64,000 nucleotides of DNA from Spirochaetales bacterium (GTDB lineage Bacteria; Spirochaetota; Spirochaetia; DSM-2461), in NCBI GenBank assembly GCA_028532905.1, contig JAQQAM010000097.1:8506-72505 (forward strand), read 5' to 3'. Positions 1 through 8,564 of this stretch are shown one piece after another (within the stretch, counting starts at the first letter, position 1; each line of letters begins with the position of its first letter). The notes under the pieces were generated by a model. The model was given only the letters and a program-made list of their open reading frames with translations, was not told where the DNA came from and searched no databases. Made by a program: the position numbers and the translations under genes.

Positions 1-235
1 TCTGAGTTGTATCGATCCGGATATCCAGTGACTGGATAAAACTGGTTCCTTTCTCGATATTCTCCTCAGTCCCGGTCACATCCAGAACAAGATACCCCTC
101 TTCTTCGGGGGTCACTCTAGCCCGGAAGATATTGATAATCAGATCATAGTCTTTGACCAGGTGGTAGACAATTGGTTTTTCCGTCTCACATTCGGGAAAA
201 TAGAGCATCAGTTTTCTGGTAATTGTTTCTGCCAT
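1..235 (-). CDS. NIL-domain protein, N-terminal part only (gene runs off the window start). MA1822-like partner of the COG1900/DUF39 protein
   Basis: Own translation of the minus strand from the ATG (complement of 233-235): MAETITRKLMLYFPECETEKPIVYHLVKDYDLIINIFRARVTPEEEGYLVLDVTGTEENIEKGTSFIQSLDIRIDTTQ... This is a NIL (MetN C-terminal-like) type sequence. It begins 4 nt after the stop of ORF 240..1418. Confidence 0.6.
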   Translation of the reverse strand, partial: MAETITRKLMLYFPECETEKPIVYHLVKDYDLIINIFRARVTPEEEGYLVLDVTGTEENIEKGTSFIQSLDIRIDTTQ

Positions 236-239
236 TGTC

Positions 240-1418
240 TTACACCTCCTTCATGGGATTCATCGACTGTTCCACCGGAAGCGGGGCAATGGGCTGAGTG
301 ACGGTGAATTTTCCGTTTCTGATCTCTTCTGCCAGGATGGAGGCAATTTTACGGGCTTTCCCGTAGGAGGAGAGTCCGCCGGCCTTCACTTTGCTGCCGT
401 TCAGATCAATAGTACCGGATTTGAGTTCCTCATAGCTCACATTCCCCAGAACCTTGCCGGTCCGCTCAGGATAATCGGTGGAGTAGTCAATCACCTGAGC
501 CATAATATCCCTGTCCCTAATGGTGGTCTGCAGAAGCATCTGTTCATCCAGAATGGGGATGGGAATGCCCACACCCACAGAAAGGGAAACCCCGTATCCC
601 TTCAGGCTCACACCCCTGACAAACTCGGGATCCATCTGCTTCATATCCCCTGTCAGAGCCAGAGTTCCGGCTCCTTCCGAGGGAACACCCAGAACACCCC
701 GTTCACATGAAGGAGAGTGCTGGGTTCCTTCCGAGTAGACATGCCCCTGGGCGCCGGCCAGCCAGACCCTGGTCCCCACACCGATGGTTCTGTAATAAGG
801 ATCATTGAGCAGAGGCGAAAGCTGCCCTGCCGAAGAGTATCCGCAGTTTTTCAGATGGGGCTTCAGATATCCCAGATAGGTGTAGATGGGTTTATCCGAA
901 GCATTAACAGCCACGTTGTAATTCTGGTAACAGTTTCTGGGATTCACCATAATGGCCTGGTTCAGATCGTCTATGGTGATAGTGGTCCGCAGCTCCCGCC
1001 GGGGATAATCATCAGTACCGTAGGAGAGACCAAAGAGCTGAACCTCTTCACCGGCAATCAGTTTTTCCATAACATGACCGCCGCCGAATTTAAACTCTCC
1101 CGGATAATCTATATTGGCCGGATCATTGGCTCTGAGCTGAGTGGCTCCCAGAAAAAGATCCACAGCCGCAACACCGGCATAGGCGCTCACATCATCTAGC
1201 CAGGCTTCTGTGATCCGCATTTTAGGTTTGGAGTGTCCGAAGTTCAGAAAACATCCGGAGGAACACATGGGACCGAAGGTTGCCGTTGTGACCACATCAA
1301 CCTCTTTGGCGGCCTGTTCCACCCCCTTTTTATCCACATAATCAATGATTTCCTCGGCGGTGAGAACAACTGCTTTCCCGGAACTGATTTTTTCATTTAT
1401 CTGCTCAATGGTTTTCAT
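240..1418 (-). CDS. Homocysteine biosynthesis protein, COG1900/DUF39 family (MA1821-like)
   Basis: 392-aa ORF. The N-terminus (MKTIEQINEKISSGKAVVLTAEEI..DVVTTATFGPMCSSG) and overall length are typical of DUF39 proteins. It is followed directly by a NIL-domain gene, as in methanogens. Confidence 0.75.
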   Translation of the reverse strand: MKTIEQINEKISSGKAVVLTAEEIIDYVDKKGVEQAAKEVDVVTTATFGPMCSSGCFLNFGHSKPKMRITEAWLDDVSAYAGVAAVDLFLGATQLRANDPANIDYPGEFKFGGGHVMEKLIAGEEVQLFGLSYGTDDYPRRELRTTITIDDLNQAIMVNPRNCYQNYNVAVNASDKPIYTYLGYLKPHLKNCGYSSAGQLSPLLNDPYYRTIGVGTRVWLAGAQGHVYSEGTQHSPSCERGVLGVPSEGAGTLALTGDMKQMDPEFVRGVSLKGYGVSLSVGVGIPIPILDEQMLLQTTIRDRDIMAQVIDYSTDYPERTGKVLGNVSYEELKSGTIDLNGSKVKAGGLSSYGKARKIASILAEEIRNGKFTVTQPIAPLPVEQSMNPMKEV

Positions 1419-1502
1419 GGATTACAGATTACCGGAGTTGTTTAAAAAAATCGAGTCATAATTTAGAATTGATTATACTCAGCACTACCCGGGAGGATTT
1501 AC

Positions 1503-2201
1503 ATGTTTGAAGACAGACTGATCAGAAACGGAACCACCATATCGCCCGAAGAGAGACCCCTTCTGAAACAGGAGAAAGTATTTATTGCCGGCAGCGGGGG
1601 TCTGGGGGGGAATATTCTGGAGATGATTCTGCGAGCGGGCATCGGTGAAGTCACTATAGCCGATCCCGATGTTTTTGATGAGAGTAATCTGAACAGGCAG
1701 ATTCTGAGCCGGGAAGATCTGATGGGCTATCCCAAGGTTAAAGCCGCCGCCCAACGGGCTGCCCTTGTGAATAGTGAAGTGAAACTGAATGCCCTGCAGG
1801 AGAGAGTGACTGCTGAGAATGCTCTGGAATTGATTGCCGATGCAGATATTGTTATGGATGCCCTTGATTCGGCCGAAGCCAGGCTGGTTCTGGAGGATGC
1901 TGCCGAAGAAGCGGGGATTCCCATGATTCACGGGGCTATAGCCGGCTGGTACGGCCAGGTAAGCACTGTTTTTCCGGGGGACAGAACCATGCATTCCCTG
2001 TACGGAGAAACCGGCAGTACAGAGGCCACTGCAGAGCTGGGCAACCCCTCCTTTACACCCGCTGTTATCGCCGGGATTCAGGTAGCAGAAGCGGTAAAGG
2101 TTCTCCTAAACAAGGATGGGGTTCTCCGGAACAAACTTCTTTATATTGATATGCTCAGCCATACCTATACGACCCTGGATATGATCAGATCAAAGGCGTG
2201 A
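1503..2201 (+). CDS. ThiF/MoeB/HesA-family E1-like adenylyltransferase
   Basis: Rossmann motif IAGSGGLGG followed by DPDVFDESNLNRQ. GGGAGGA Shine-Dalgarno lies 8 nt upstream of the ATG. Confidence 0.8.
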   Translation: MFEDRLIRNGTTISPEERPLLKQEKVFIAGSGGLGGNILEMILRAGIGEVTIADPDVFDESNLNRQILSREDLMGYPKVKAAAQRAALVNSEVKLNALQERVTAENALELIADADIVMDALDSAEARLVLEDAAEEAGIPMIHGAIAGWYGQVSTVFPGDRTMHSLYGETGSTEATAELGNPSFTPAVIAGIQVAEAVKVLLNKDGVLRNKLLYIDMLSHTYTTLDMIRSKA

Positions 2202-3255
2202 GACAGACCGCCGTTTCCAGAGCAAAGGGGGTGATCCATTCATCCAGGGGTAAACCTGTTGCGCAATCAATCCGGCAGATCTGAATATCATTGGAATCCT
2301 GATTGGCAATCAGCAGAAAATCTCCATCCGGACTGAAAGTGAAATCTCTGGGTGTTTTTCCCCGGCAGGAAAAGTGGGATTTTGTTCGCAACCGGATTAC
2401 ACCACCCCTTCTGTCAATCTCAAAAACAGTAATTGTATCTGTAAACCTGTTGGAAACATAAAGGGTACTCCCCGTGGGGTGTATTTTAACAGCTGCGGGT
2501 GCCGCTTTTGCTGAATCATCTGCTGTTTCAGTATCGTACTCATCTATTAAACTGAACTTACCCTCTTCCCTGATTTCTGCGCACAGGAGTTTGGCTTTCA
2601 GCTCGCACAGCACATAGGCAACCGGCCGTTCAGGATCAAGAACCATATGACGGGGGCCGTAACCGGAGGGAGTCAGAAATGCTGAGATCTCATCCATACC
2701 CGGAAGTTTCAGGTCATGAACCCGTACTTTATCGCTTCCCAGATCACAGACAAAAAGATATCTGCCCTCAGGGCTCAGGGTAATTTGATGGGCATGGGGA
2801 GCTTCCTGACGGATTTGATTCTCTCCCTTTCCGGTATAGCTGAAATGACAGACTTTATGTACAGGCAAGCCCTTTTCCAGTGAGAATCCTGTCATGCTGC
2901 CGTCCAGGTAGGAGGCTGTAAACAAAAGATCCCTGTCTTCCAGAGGCAGGAGATGACAGGAAGCCCGACCGGGACCGGAACACTCTTTCTGTTCATAAAA
3001 GACTCCCCCATGATCCTGACCAAATGCTCTGACCGAACCCTGCCCGGTTTCACTCTCTGAAATGGAATAGAGTTTCTGCCGGGACGGATCCCAGTGAACC
3101 CAGGAGGGATTGTCTATGCCTCCCAGTGTTTGAACCAGACGCAGTTCTCCGGTATCAGTATTTTGTGCCAGTATGGAAATACCTTTTCCGCATCCGCCGG
3201 GCGCATGGGGCAGTACAGTGGTGTAGGAGCCTGCGGCATAAAGCTGTTCTTTCAT
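2185..3255 (-). CDS. pgl: Lactonase, 7-bladed beta-propeller family (6-phosphogluconolactonase-like)
   Basis: 356-aa ORF with repeated propeller-blade signatures (HPTGSTLYVSNR, FSPDGDFLLIANQDSNDI, LSPEGRYLFVCDLGSDKV). Its 3' end overlaps the convergent thiF-like gene by 17 nt. Confidence 0.65.
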   Translation of the reverse strand: MKEQLYAAGSYTTVLPHAPGGCGKGISILAQNTDTGELRLVQTLGGIDNPSWVHWDPSRQKLYSISESETGQGSVRAFGQDHGGVFYEQKECSGPGRASCHLLPLEDRDLLFTASYLDGSMTGFSLEKGLPVHKVCHFSYTGKGENQIRQEAPHAHQITLSPEGRYLFVCDLGSDKVRVHDLKLPGMDEISAFLTPSGYGPRHMVLDPERPVAYVLCELKAKLLCAEIREEGKFSLIDEYDTETADDSAKAAPAAVKIHPTGSTLYVSNRFTDTITVFEIDRRGGVIRLRTKSHFSCRGKTPRDFTFSPDGDFLLIANQDSNDIQICRIDCATGLPLDEWITPFALETAVCLTPLI

Positions 3256-3338
3256 ATTTTAGTCCTTCACACCCAGAGTAACCCGCCGGGGTATGATTTA
3301 CAAAGAGGAAATTCGCAATCCGATTTGAGAAATGATGT

Positions 3339-3683
3339 TTATGTTGCCACCAGCAGACTGATGAGAACATTAAAATTTTCGTTGCTGCATTTTTTCAGGT
3401 ACTTCTTTGTTCTGAACCCTGCCTGATACACATCTTTTATAACAAGATTAACAGCCGACAGAATCTCCGGGTTATTGATTGATCTGACAATATCAATCAC
3501 TTTTTCCGGTTCCCGGTTCTCTGTCATTTGACGCTTCATCCTGCCCAGATGATCACTGCGGAGGTTGTTGGGAAGCTTCTCCAGATCAATAAGCCAGTTC
3601 ATCATGTCATCTGAATCCACTGCTGCATCGATAAAATCAATTACATTCTGATAGGGATTTTTATTGAGTATCTTCATTTCCAT
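3339..3683 (-). CDS. Hypothetical protein (114 aa)
   Basis: Clean ORF with an AAGGGAG Shine-Dalgarno just upstream of the ATG. I recognise no family. Confidence 0.45.
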   Translation of the reverse strand: MEMKILNKNPYQNVIDFIDAAVDSDDMMNWLIDLEKLPNNLRSDHLGRMKRQMTENREPEKVIDIVRSINNPEILSAVNLVIKDVYQAGFRTKKYLKKCSNENFNVLISLLVAT

Positions 3684-3747
3684 CTGACTCCCTTTTTCAA
3701 TATATCACAGATAGTACTGTTTTCTAAAAATCCCAATGATCCGTCTT

Positions 3748-4281
3748 TTAAAATTTCCGGTTATGGGCTTTCAGCTTCTTCACCGCCCAGTCATAGTGGC
3801 TGGACGTGGCAGAGACACAATAGCTTCCCAGACTGGTTGTGCCGGTCCAGTTAAAATGCTTTTTAACAAACAGTTCGTCATTGGTAAACTGGTCTATGCA
3901 GTCCAGGACTTCTGCATGGCTTGTCTTCAGCAGATCTTCGGCGGTTTCCAGGTCAGTGGACTGGTGTTTCTTCCAGAAAGCAGTATTCATTTCCCCGTAG
4001 GTCTTCCAGGTATAGGGCTCCGGGAGAAAAGGAAGATCCTTGCGGGATTGGTTTGACCGGACCCAGTGCAGAAGCAGCTGATGCCATTCATACAGATGCA
4101 CCAGGACATCCCGGAGATTTTTATCACGCCCCCAATGGGCTTCTTTCTTTTTCTCATCGGCGGAGAAATCAAACTCAGCTGCCAGAGCTTCACTTTTCAT
4201 AGTTTCGATGGTCTGCCAGAGTGTGCTGAACCCTGTCTCAGCGGCTGTGAGTAAGTCTTTTTTCGTTGCAGGTCGTGCCAT
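3748..4281 (-). CDS. ClbS/DfsB-family four-helix-bundle protein (DUF1706)
   Basis: 177 aa with family-typical segments: KKDLL..A...F..L, WGRDKNLRDVLVHLYEWHQLLLHWV, PFLPEPYTWKTYGEMN, TSSHYDWA.KK. Confidence 0.7.
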   Translation of the reverse strand: MARPATKKDLLTAAETGFSTLWQTIETMKSEALAAEFDFSADEKKKEAHWGRDKNLRDVLVHLYEWHQLLLHWVRSNQSRKDLPFLPEPYTWKTYGEMNTAFWKKHQSTDLETAEDLLKTSHAEVLDCIDQFTNDELFVKKHFNWTGTTSLGSYCVSATSSHYDWAVKKLKAHNRKF

Positions 4282-4614
4282 TGGAGATGCTCCTTTTCAT
4301 TCATTGTATTGTCTACTACCCGGATTATCCAGGTTAAACAGGACAGCTGTATGTCATGTTTAAAAAAAGATTTAAACAGTGAGGGATACGGAGGGGGCCG
4401 CAGGCAGACTCTGCCCCGGCAGAGGCCGGAGCGGCAGCGCAGCCCGGAGCAGCCCGCCCCCCGCCCCGGCGGGGGCACTGCCAAAAGTCTAAAGGTTTGA
4501 AATCCTACCGGCGCCCGTTTAGGGCCCCGGCGCAACAACGGTATAGCCCTAAGGGTGTAAAAAATCTGCACAATAATCTTATAGATTTTATATTGTTATC
4601 AATCGGGTTCCGTG

Positions 4615-4730
4615 TTAAATTTCCCCTACGCCGAGCGAAAACACCTTCACCCGTCCGGAGGGGTATGGTGTTGAGCCGATAGGGTTTGTCTGGAAACGGG
4701 CAGGCCTCCCAGTGTGGAAAGGCAGAGAAA
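4615..4730 (+). promoter_or_regulatory. Putative Moco/Tuco (molybdenum/tungsten cofactor) riboswitch upstream of tupA
   Basis: The conserved blocks I remember for the Moco RNA motif appear in the correct order: CCGAGC(4630s) ... GAGCC(4673) ... GUCUGG(4688) ... GCCUCCC(4704) ... GGAAAGG(4717). The element sits in the 5' leader of a tungstate-transport/Moco-biosynthesis operon. Boundaries are approximate. Confidence 0.55.
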
Positions 4731-4849
4731 ATCATACACCGTAGCTGGACAGAGTTTTATTACAAATGAATCCTCCTGCCGGATCTCTCATGCCTTCAAT
4801 ATTGTATGCGCCTGCAAAATGGGGCGCTGAAAAACTATTGGAGAAATCT

Positions 4850-5683
4850 ATGATGAAAAATCGAAAACCCGCCGCTGTACTGCTGGCTCTGAGCGTTCTG
4901 CTCAGCTGGAATCTGTCCGCCGAAGGACAGTACGAAAAAGAAGCCTCCCATATCAAACTGGCTACCACCACGAGTACGGAGAACTCCGGCCTCCTGGCCG
5001 AACTGCTACCTGTATACCAGGAAGATTCAGGTATAATTGTTGATGTAATTGCCGTGGGAACAGGGAAAGCCATTGCCCTGGGAGAAAACGGCGATGTGGA
5101 TGTCATTCTCGTTCATGCCCGGAGCAGAGAAGATGCCTTTGTAGAGGGGGGATACGGTGTCAACCGCAGAGATGTTATGCACAACGACTTTGTTCTGCTG
5201 GGTCCTTCCTCTGATCCTGCCGGTATAAAAGGAATGAACACTGCGGCCGATGCTCTGGCAGCTGTGGCGGCTTCGGAGTCCGACTTTATGTCCAGAGGAG
5301 ATGATTCGGGAACCCATACAAAAGAGAAGAGTCTCTGGAAAGCTGCCGGCCTGTCTCCCTCAGGAGAGTGGTACAAGGAAACCGGACAGGGAATGGGCGC
5401 CGTTCTGACCATGACCAATGAAGTTCAGGGCTATACCATGACCGACAGAGGGACCTGGCTGGCCATGAAAGACAAGCTGGATCTGGAAGTTCTGGTGGAA
5501 GGAGATCCCATTCTCTTTAACCCTTATGGTGTAATCGCTGTGAACCCCGAGCTTCACAGTCATACGGACTATGAAGGGGCTATGTCATTTATCACATTCC
5601 TCACCGGTCCCAAGGGACAGGCCATTATCCGTGACTTCAAGAAAAACGGAGAGCCCCTGTTCTACCCGGATGCGATGAAATAA
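4850..5683 (+). CDS. tupA: Tungstate ABC transporter, periplasmic substrate-binding protein
   Basis: The TTTSTENSGLL motif is typical of TupA. I moved the start to ATG 4850, which gives MMKNRKPAAVLLALSVLLSWNLSAEG as the signal peptide with GGAG 7 nt upstream. The track ORF begins at 4766. Confidence 0.75.
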   Translation: MMKNRKPAAVLLALSVLLSWNLSAEGQYEKEASHIKLATTTSTENSGLLAELLPVYQEDSGIIVDVIAVGTGKAIALGENGDVDVILVHARSREDAFVEGGYGVNRRDVMHNDFVLLGPSSDPAGIKGMNTAADALAAVAASESDFMSRGDDSGTHTKEKSLWKAAGLSPSGEWYKETGQGMGAVLTMTNEVQGYTMTDRGTWLAMKDKLDLEVLVEGDPILFNPYGVIAVNPELHSHTDYEGAMSFITFLTGPKGQAIIRDFKKNGEPLFYPDAMK

Positions 5684-6360
5684 TGACTGTTCTGGGAGAA
5701 GCTGTCAGACTGATCCTCTCCGGAGACAGCGAGCTGTATGCCATATGCCTGACTTCACTGAAGTTTTCAGGAACCTCAATCCTCCTGGCTTCACTGGCGG
5801 GGATTCCCCTGGGATTTCTTCTGAAACTGAAGGATTTTCCCGGCAGGAGGTTCATACTGGTTGCTGTGAACAGCCTGATGGCTCTTCCCACGGTTGTGGT
5901 GGGTCTGCTGGTTTATTCCCTGCTCACCCGTTCCGGCCCCCTGGGCTCTCTGGGGCTTTTGTTCACTCCCGCTGCGGTCATCATCGGTCAGGTGGTTCTG
6001 GTTCTTCCCATAGTCACCTCCATGGTGTATGGGGCCGTTTCGGATATGGACCCCCGTCTTCCCGAGACCCTGACGACTCTGGGAGCCCGGAAACAGCACT
6101 ATTACCTGATGCTGATAAAAGAGATGAAAGGGCCGGTTCTGGCGGCTGTGCTGGCCGGTTTCGGCCGGGTCATCGGAGAGGTGGGAGTGTCCATGATGCT
6201 GGGGGGGAATATCCGCTGGTATACAAGAACCATTACAACAACCATATCCCTGCAGACCAGCAAAGGGGAGTTTGAACTGGGGCTGGCATTGGGCATTATC
6301 CTGATGCTGATTGCCTTTTCCCTCAATTTTCTGATCCATATGGCGGCCCGCAATGAGTAA
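5683..6360 (+). CDS. tupB: Tungstate ABC transporter permease
   Basis: 225-aa multi-TM protein with an EAA-like loop (TLGARKQHYYLMLIKEMKGPVLAAVLAGFGR). Its ATG overlaps the tupA stop. Confidence 0.75.
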   Translation: MTVLGEAVRLILSGDSELYAICLTSLKFSGTSILLASLAGIPLGFLLKLKDFPGRRFILVAVNSLMALPTVVVGLLVYSLLTRSGPLGSLGLLFTPAAVIIGQVVLVLPIVTSMVYGAVSDMDPRLPETLTTLGARKQHYYLMLIKEMKGPVLAAVLAGFGRVIGEVGVSMMLGGNIRWYTRTITTTISLQTSKGEFELGLALGIILMLIAFSLNFLIHMAARNE

Positions 6361-7360
6361 ATATGCCGTCACCGTCCGTAATCTTTTATACAGTTATCCC
6401 GGCCAGAAAGGGAGCGGTCCCGATGAACCGGCGGTCAATATCAAAGACCTGAAACTGGAGCAGGGAAAGGTCACTGTGTTCCGGGGACATAACGGTTCGG
6501 GAAAAACAACCTTTCTGAAAATCCTGGCCGGTCTGATTCAGCCGGATCAGGGAGAGATTGTTCATACCTCAGACAGGAAGACTGTTCTGGTTCAGCAGGA
6601 ACCCTACCTGTTTCACGGCTCGGTCTCTCAGAACCTTGTATGGCCGTTGAAATTTTCCGGCATAGGAATAAAAAACAGAGAGAGTCTTGTGAGGGAGAAA
6701 CTCCGTCTGGTGGGGCTGGAGGGCTTTGAAAAAAGAAAAGCCAGAGAATTGTCGGGGGGCGAGAAAAAAAGGATCGCCATCGCCCGGGCTCTGATGACGG
6801 AAGCCCGGACTATACTGCTGGATGAACCGGATGCCAATGTGGACAGTGCCACGACACAGGAACTGGAAAAGCTGATCCGGACCTTGAGTGACCAGGGTAT
6901 GTCCATAATCCTCTGCTCCCATCAGAAAAGCTTTGCCTACAGATGTTCAGACCGGATCATTGACCTGTTTCAGGGGAGTCCTGTCAGTCATGATGAGAAT
7001 ATTTTTAAAGGACAGTACAGGTACAGCGATGGAATCTACTCCGATTTTGCTGTGGGAAATCATATGATTCACTGCCCCGGTCGGCAGGGAGAGTTCTCGA
7101 CGATTGTCATTCCCCCGGATAATATTTCTGTCTCCCGTGAGGCGGAAAAGGGTGCTATAATGGGCTCCGGCAAGGAGAACAGACTGCAGGGAACAATCCT
7201 GTCGGTACAAGCCTATAAAGAAGGCCGCTTTACGGTTACCGTAGACTGCGGACTCATCATGAAGGTCAGGATGAGCAGTTCCCTGATTTCCATGCTGAAT
7301 CTGCGGGAATCGGATACTGTCAGGCTGCTTTTCAACCCTTCGTCAGTTAGACTATACTAA
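6353..7360 (+). CDS. tupC: Tungstate ABC transporter ATP-binding protein with a C-terminal extension of about 100 aa (TOBE/Mop-like)
   Basis: Walker A GHNGSGKTT, signature LSGGEKKRIAIARAL, Walker B ILLDEPDANVD. It overlaps tupB by 8 nt. A beta-rich tail lies after about residue 225. Confidence 0.75.
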   Translation: MSKYAVTVRNLLYSYPGQKGSGPDEPAVNIKDLKLEQGKVTVFRGHNGSGKTTFLKILAGLIQPDQGEIVHTSDRKTVLVQQEPYLFHGSVSQNLVWPLKFSGIGIKNRESLVREKLRLVGLEGFEKRKARELSGGEKKRIAIARALMTEARTILLDEPDANVDSATTQELEKLIRTLSDQGMSIILCSHQKSFAYRCSDRIIDLFQGSPVSHDENIFKGQYRYSDGIYSDFAVGNHMIHCPGRQGEFSTIVIPPDNISVSREAEKGAIMGSGKENRLQGTILSVQAYKEGRFTVTVDCGLIMKVRMSSSLISMLNLRESDTVRLLFNPSSVRLY

Positions 7361-7394
7361 CTAAGACGAATCTAACTGAGAAAGGAAGATCTGA

Positions 7395-8564
7395 ATGATC
7401 GGATTACATGATATTTACAGAATACTGGACAGTCAGGAGCTATCTCCCCGGAGCGAAACCGTTCCTCTGGGAGAGGCTGCCGGACGACTTCTGAACCGGA
7501 CAATATACTCCACTCTGGACTCCCCTCCCTTTGATAAATCCGCCATGGACGGCTGGGCCATCTGCAAAGGGGATGAGGCGGGTCCCTGGAAGGTGATGGA
7601 GACTGTAGCTGCCGGCGATGTGTCAGACAGGGCCTCTCTGCAGAAGGGAGAGTGTGCCGCCATAATGACAGGGGCTAAAATTCCTGAAGGCACCGGCAAG
7701 GTAATCAGAGTGGAATATACCCGCCGGGAGGGAGATACGGTTTTTCTGGAAACAGAGGAGCCCCTGGACAATATCATTTTTCAGGGAGAGAATCTGAAAA
7801 CCGGTGATGCCGTTCTGACTCCCCGGAGGCTGAATCCGGGAGATATAGGCATTCTGGCATCTCTGGGACTGGCGGAAGTGGATGTGGCAGTGCTGCCCCG
7901 TATCGGGATTATCACAACAGGGTCGGAAATCCGGGAGCCCGGTGAGTCCCTGAGGGATGGTGAAATCTATAACAGCAACGGTCCCCAGCTGATGGCGCAG
8001 GCATCATCCCTGAACTGTCCGGTCCGGTATTACGGTATCACCGTGGATGACCGGACCTCCCTTTACAACATCATTAAGCAGGGTGTGGAGGAGAATGATA
8101 TTCTTCTATTGTCCGGGGGCGTCTCCATGGGTGAGTTCGATTTTATTCCCGAAACCCTGGAGAAGCTGGGTGTTGAAAAATCCTTTCATAAAGCCATGAT
8201 CAAACCGGGACGCCCTGTGTGGTTCGGCCGGAATGAAAGCTGTTTTGTCTTTGGACTGCCGGGCAATCCGGTATCCACCTATATCCTCTTTGAGGTGTTT
8301 GTAAAATATCTGGTCTACCGGTACTGCGGTCTGGATTACAGACCCGATGTGCTCAGGGGCGTTCTGGGAAAAGGGATTAAGAGAAGAACCTTTGACCGGA
8401 CGGAGTTTCTTCCGGTCTACTTCCGGGATGAAAAGGTGTATCCCGTATCCTACCACGGGTCCTCCCACCTCAATGCCATGGGAGAAGCAGACGGTCTGGT
8501 CATAATTGATCAGGGAATCCAGGAAGTGAAAGAGGGAGCGGTGGTCCATGTTAGACTCCTTTAA
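7395..8564 (+). CDS. moeA: Molybdopterin molybdenum/tungsten transferase MoeA
   Basis: Motifs DSPPFDKSAMDGWA, ITTGSE, IYNSNG, LLSGGVSMGEFDF, FGLPGNPVS. Confidence 0.9.
   Translation: MIGLHDIYRILDSQELSPRSETVPLGEAAGRLLNRTIYSTLDSPPFDKSAMDGWAICKGDEAGPWKVMETVAAGDVSDRASLQKGECAAIMTGAKIPEGTGKVIRVEYTRREGDTVFLETEEPLDNIIFQGENLKTGDAVLTPRRLNPGDIGILASLGLAEVDVAVLPRIGIITTGSEIREPGESLRDGEIYNSNGPQLMAQASSLNCPVRYYGITVDDRTSLYNIIKQGVEENDILLLSGGVSMGEFDFIPETLEKLGVEKSFHKAMIKPGRPVWFGRNESCFVFGLPGNPVSTYILFEVFVKYLVYRYCGLDYRPDVLRGVLGKGIKRRTFDRTEFLPVYFRDEKVYPVSYHGSSHLNAMGEADGLVIIDQGIQEVKEGAVVHVRLL

Noticed and set aside
4197-4571. 124-aa ORF across the GC-rich island
   Set aside because: The Arg/Pro/Gly-rich translation is what any frame of a GC-rich tract gives. 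It overlaps the clbS-like start and has no ribosome-binding site. I report the DNA element itself as a finding instead.
4766-4849. Upstream ATG extending tupA by 28 codons
   Set aside because: The extension (MNPPAGSLMPSILYAPAKWGAEKLLEKS) precedes a perfect signal peptide that begins at ATG 4850 with a GGAG Shine-Dalgarno. The longer form would bury the signal peptide.
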